Assembly (NCBI RefSeq): GCF_018350175.1
Contig: NC_058383.1
Span: forward strand, 1,674,001-1,738,000
DNA length: 64,000 bases
Reading direction: 5' to 3'
From: Felis catus
Taxonomy: Eukaryota
Position 1 is the stretch's first letter; every line of letters begins with the position of its first letter. Both the position numbers and the translations under genes were made by a program. This document shows positions 60,600 to 64,000 of this stretch, in pieces. Under the pieces are notes generated by a model that was given only the letters and a program-made list of their open reading frames with translations, was not told the origin of the DNA and searched no databases.

Positions 60600-61444
60600 T
60601 AACAAACTGGACGATCACATGCAAAAGAATGAAATCGGACCACTTTCTTACACCACACACAAAAATAACCTCAAAATAGATTAAGGATCTTAAATGTGAG
60701 ACTTGAACCCATGAACTCCTAGAGGAGAACGCAGGTAGCAACCTCCCTGACATCGGCCGTAGTAACTTTTTTCTAGATGTGTCTCCTGAGACAAGGGAAG
60801 GAAAGGCAAAATTACCTATTTGGACTACATCATAATAAAAAGCTTCTGCCCAGAGGAAGGAAACAGTCAACAAAACTAAAAGATAACCTACAGAATGGGA
60901 GAAGATATTTGCAAATGATGTATCTGATAAAGGGTTAATATCCAAAATATATAATGAACTTACGCAACTCAGCACTCAAAAAACAATCCAATTAAAAATG
61001 GGCAGAAAACACGAACAGACATTTCTCCAAAGGAGACATCCAGATGGCCAACAAATACATGAAAAGATGCTCAACATCACTTATCATCAGGGAAATGCAA
61101 ATCAAAACTACAACGAGATACCCTCTCACACCTGTCACGGTGGCTGAAATCAACAACACAGGAGACAGCAAGTATTGGTGAGGATGCAGAGAAAGGGGAA
61201 TCCCCTTCCGCTGCCGGTGGGAATGCAAACTGGTGCAGCCACTGTGGAAACAGAATGGAGGTTCCTCAAAAATTAAAACTAGTATGACCACATCCAGGAA
61301 TTTCACCACTGGGTATTTACCCAATGAATACGAAAACACTAATCACAAAGGATACATGCACCCCTACGTTTAGTGCATTGTCTACAACAGCCCAGACACG
61401 GAAGCAGCCCAAGCATCCACTGACAGATGAACAGAGAAAGAAGA
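60600..61444 (+). mobile_element. Younger carnivore L1 ORF2 C-terminal fragment
   Basis: Low-divergence L1: cacatgcaaaagaatgaaatcggaccactttcttacacc, gaatgggagaagatatttgcaaatgatgtatctgataaagggttaatatccaaaatatat, gatgctcaacatcacttatcatcagggaaatgcaaatcaaaac. Confidence 0.92.
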
Positions 61445-61591
61445 CTTGATCTCGGCTCAGGTCAAGGTCTCGCGGTTCGGGAGACGGTGCCCTGCGTCAG
61501 GCGCAAAGCCTGCTTAAGACTCTCTCTCTGTCCCCACCCCACGTGTCTCCACACACTCTCTCAAAACAAATAAGCAAAACATTAAAAAAAA
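61445..61591 (+). mobile_element. 5'-truncated CAN-SINE fused directly to the L1 fragment
   Basis: cttgatctcggctcaggtcaaggtctcgcggttcgggag...gcctgcttaagactctctctc...caaaacaaataagc...A-tail. The head with the A box is absent. Confidence 0.8.
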
Positions 61592-61612
61592 GTGACAACA
61601 ATAGCTTCTCAG

Positions 61613-61613
<1 letters not shown>

Positions 61614-61660
<47 letters not shown>
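61614..61660. repeat. Perfect (TG)23 microsatellite
   Basis: Uninterrupted tg repeats read directly. Confidence 0.97.
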
Positions 61661-61663
<3 letters not shown>

Positions 61664-61894
61664 GAACATAACAATAGTCTATACGTAAAGCAAAAAGGTC
61701 AACAGATGTCATGTTTTAAGGTTCCAGGAGAGAGAGAAGTATTAATTGTCCAGGAGAGAGAGAAGTATTCAGTTTTATTAGACTTTGATAAAGAGTCTAT
61801 GTTATAATTACCAAAATAGCCCCTAAAAATTACACTAAAGCATATGCTACTACAAGATAACCAGGGGGAAATGGTTTAGTCTGCGACAGGTATT

Positions 61895-61927
<33 letters not shown>

Positions 61928-62694
61928 CCAGCAGAAGGCAAATAAAAAGACGGTTAATTTCAAAACAAATTTATCGTTAATTGCAACTAAAATATCTCAA
62001 CTAAAAAAAATGAAGATTTTCAGACTGAATAAAATACAAAGCCTAACCTGTGCAGGAGCAATATCATAATAAAATAAGGAACAAAGACTCAAAGTAAAAC
62101 CTGAGAAAGTGAAAGGCACAAATGCTATACAAACGCAAGTGGAGGGATCTGTATTAATATCACACAAAGGAGATTCAAGGATCAAAAGGATCTAAGAAGA
62201 CTATTTCATAACAACAAAAGGCTAAATGGACCAGGAAGATAATTGTTTGCAGCCTATATGGGCCTAATAAGGCAGAGCCAGAAGACACGCCGTAACTGAC
62301 CACATTAAAAGGAGAAACAGACAAACTGACAGTCAAGCTGGGATATTCCAACACAACTCCCTCAGGATCAGAGAGAAAAAGAGGGAAACCTCACTGGGGA
62401 CACGGAAAATTTGAACAGCACGATTAGCAACCAATCCATGGTGTTGATAAGGCACCGCATGCAGTCAGTGCGGAACACGTGTCACTCTGAAGTGTGCACG
62501 GGCCGGTCACAAACCCTGACTTCTACGCAGTCCCTCCAGCAAGTCTCAGCAAATTTCAAAGGACTGGTATGAGGTATGGGGTCAGAAAACAATGAAATTG
62601 GGCTATAAATAAATAACGAGGTGATCACAAAATGTTGGAAATTGAGAAATTTATTTCTAAATAACCTAGTGGTCAAAATAAAAATCACAATCGA

Positions 62695-62926
62695 GGGGCA
62701 CCTGGGTGGCTCAGTCGGTTAAGCATCCGACTTCGGCTCAGGTCACAATCTCATGGTTTGTGGGTTCGAGCCCCACATCAGGCTCTGTGCTGACAGCTCG
62801 AAGCCTAGAGCCTGCTTCTGATTCTGTGTCTCCTTCTCTCTCTGTTCCTTCCCCACTCATGCGCGTGCGCTCTCTCTCTCTCTCTCTCTCTCTCAAAAAT
62901 AAACAAACGTTAAAAAAAAATTTTTT
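62695..62926 (+). mobile_element. CAN-SINE (felid SINEC)
   Basis: Full body. TSD aaatcacaatcga (62682-62694) / aaatcacaattga (62927-62939). Confidence 0.95.
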
Positions 62927-63528
62927 AAATCACAATTGAAACTGATAAATATTTTGAAATGAATGATGAGAAAAATACAATGTTATCAGAACTACAGCCG
63001 GCATCTATGTTTATAGCCCAGAACACAGAGAGAAGAAAGTTAAAAACCGATCATCTACATAGCTCAAAAGTGAGAACAAATTAAAAAGGAAAAGGAAAAA
63101 ATATGAAAATAGAAATTAATGAAACAGAATGCACATGATCCAGAATCAAGAATGCTAGAAGTTGGTTATTCCACGGATAAACGTGATGAGACAGCTTGAG
63201 AGAGAGCAAATACGTAACCAAACAACCAGACTGAACAAGAGGACGCAGCCGCAGGTCACGGAGACGACTGGTCATCCAGAAACAAAATTCAAATGACTTC
63301 AAAGCTGTTGAAAGAAATCAAAGCCCCAGTTTAAAATCTTTCCAACCCAGAAACCCCACAGGCCCAGATGACTTCACTGCTGAAATTTACCCAACACTTG
63401 AGGAAATACCCCCGATCTCATACATACTGTTACAGAGAAGAGAAAGAGAACTCCCTGACTCGTTCTATAAAGTCAGAAAAACCATGACAGGAAAACTTGA
63501 TGAGGACATTATAAGAAATGAAAATTAA

Positions 63529-63751
63529 GAGGCACCTCCCTGGGTGGCTCAGGCAGGTCTTGATTTCGGCTCAGGTCACGATCTCATTTATGGTTCACGA
63601 GTTCAAGCCCCATGTCGGGCTCTGCACTGGCACCGCAAAGCCAGCTTGGGATTCTCTCTTTCCCCATCTCTCTCTGCCCCTCCCCTGCGTATTCACTCTC
63701 TGTCTCCGTCTCTCTCTCAAAAATAAATAAACTCAAAAAAATAAACTTAAA
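63529..63751 (+). mobile_element. CAN-SINE with perfect 16-bp TSD
   Basis: Diverged body. TSD aagaaatgaaaattaa at 63513-63528 and 63752-63767. Confidence 0.93.
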
Positions 63752-64000
63752 AAGAAATGAAAATTAATCATCGAAATCTCTCATAAACACAGAGGCAAAA
63801 TCTCCAACCTACTCATTAGCAAACCAAACTAAACATTACTTAGGAAGGAAAAGCCATAGTCAGGTTTGCTTATTCCTGAAAAGCACGTTTGGTTTAACAT
63901 TTGAAAATCAATTAATTTAATTTTCCACATTAATGGAGTAAAGAAAAATCATACGATCAGCTCAGTATATCCAGAAAAAGCCTTTGATTAAAATTCAACA

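Larger units (their letters stand above)
1..64000 (-). other. MAD1L1: MAD1L1 gene body (part of intron 12, exons 13-15, part of intron 15); neither gene end is in the window
   Basis: Three collinear internal exons separated by ~12.9 kb and ~23.4 kb introns. The flanking exon peptides (…RVLLLTK upstream, LKVEELEGE… downstream) were not seen in the window. Confidence 0.9.
61700..64000 (+). mobile_element. Old L1 (L1ME-like) ORF2 5' relic hosting two SINEs
   Basis: gactatttcataacaacaaaagg, aaaggagaaacagacaaa, aagtctcagcaaatttcaaagga, caggcccagatgacttcactgctgaaatttaccc, tttggtttaacatttgaaaatcaattaat. Confidence 0.78.

Noticed and set aside
60487..61339. Hydrophobic 162-aa and 115-aa minus-strand ORFs resembling membrane proteins
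   Set aside because: They are antisense translations of L1 ORF2, a well-known source of spurious predictions.
55850..64000. Possible intact, active L1
   Set aside because: Several fragments of different ages with frameshifts, stops and SINE insertions; no long ORF1 or ORF2 in the track.
1..64000. A novel multi-gene or prokaryote-type system
   Set aside because: All credible coding signal is explained by three MAD1L1 exons and decayed L1; no operon structure, viral gene or unexplained conserved-looking ORF was found.

Overview
Mammalian (felid, most likely cat-lineage) genomic DNA, not microbial: it carries about 15 CAN-SINE/SINEC_Fc-type tRNA-derived SINEs plus L1, MIR, L2 and Tigger2 relics. 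The window appears to lie wholly inside MAD1L1 (mitotic spindle checkpoint protein MAD1) on the minus strand. Three internal coding exons are present with canonical AG/GT boundaries and compatible phases: 51014-51154 (141 nt), 38053-38109 (57 nt) and 14594-14682 (89 nt). They match human MAD1 residues ~407-502 (exons 13-15 in the usual human numbering, recalled from memory). The rest is intron: L1-dense AT-rich blocks at both ends and at ~25.7-29.5 kb and ~43-46 kb, and a very GC/CpG-rich middle. Nearly all long ORFs in the supplied track are artefacts of GC richness or decayed L1. I found no evidence for a new gene system. The most interesting signals are: (i) a pervasive AT-to-GC shift that has rewritten old L1/MIR/L2 relics and may have driven amino-acid changes in exon 15; (ii) several short AT-rich, non-repeat, motif-dense islands that look like conserved enhancers; (iii) two very young, near-identical inverted SINEs bracketing exon 15, one of them tailless; (iv) candidate cryptic or poison splice sites. 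Repeat subfamily names and L1 boundaries were judged by eye and are approximate.
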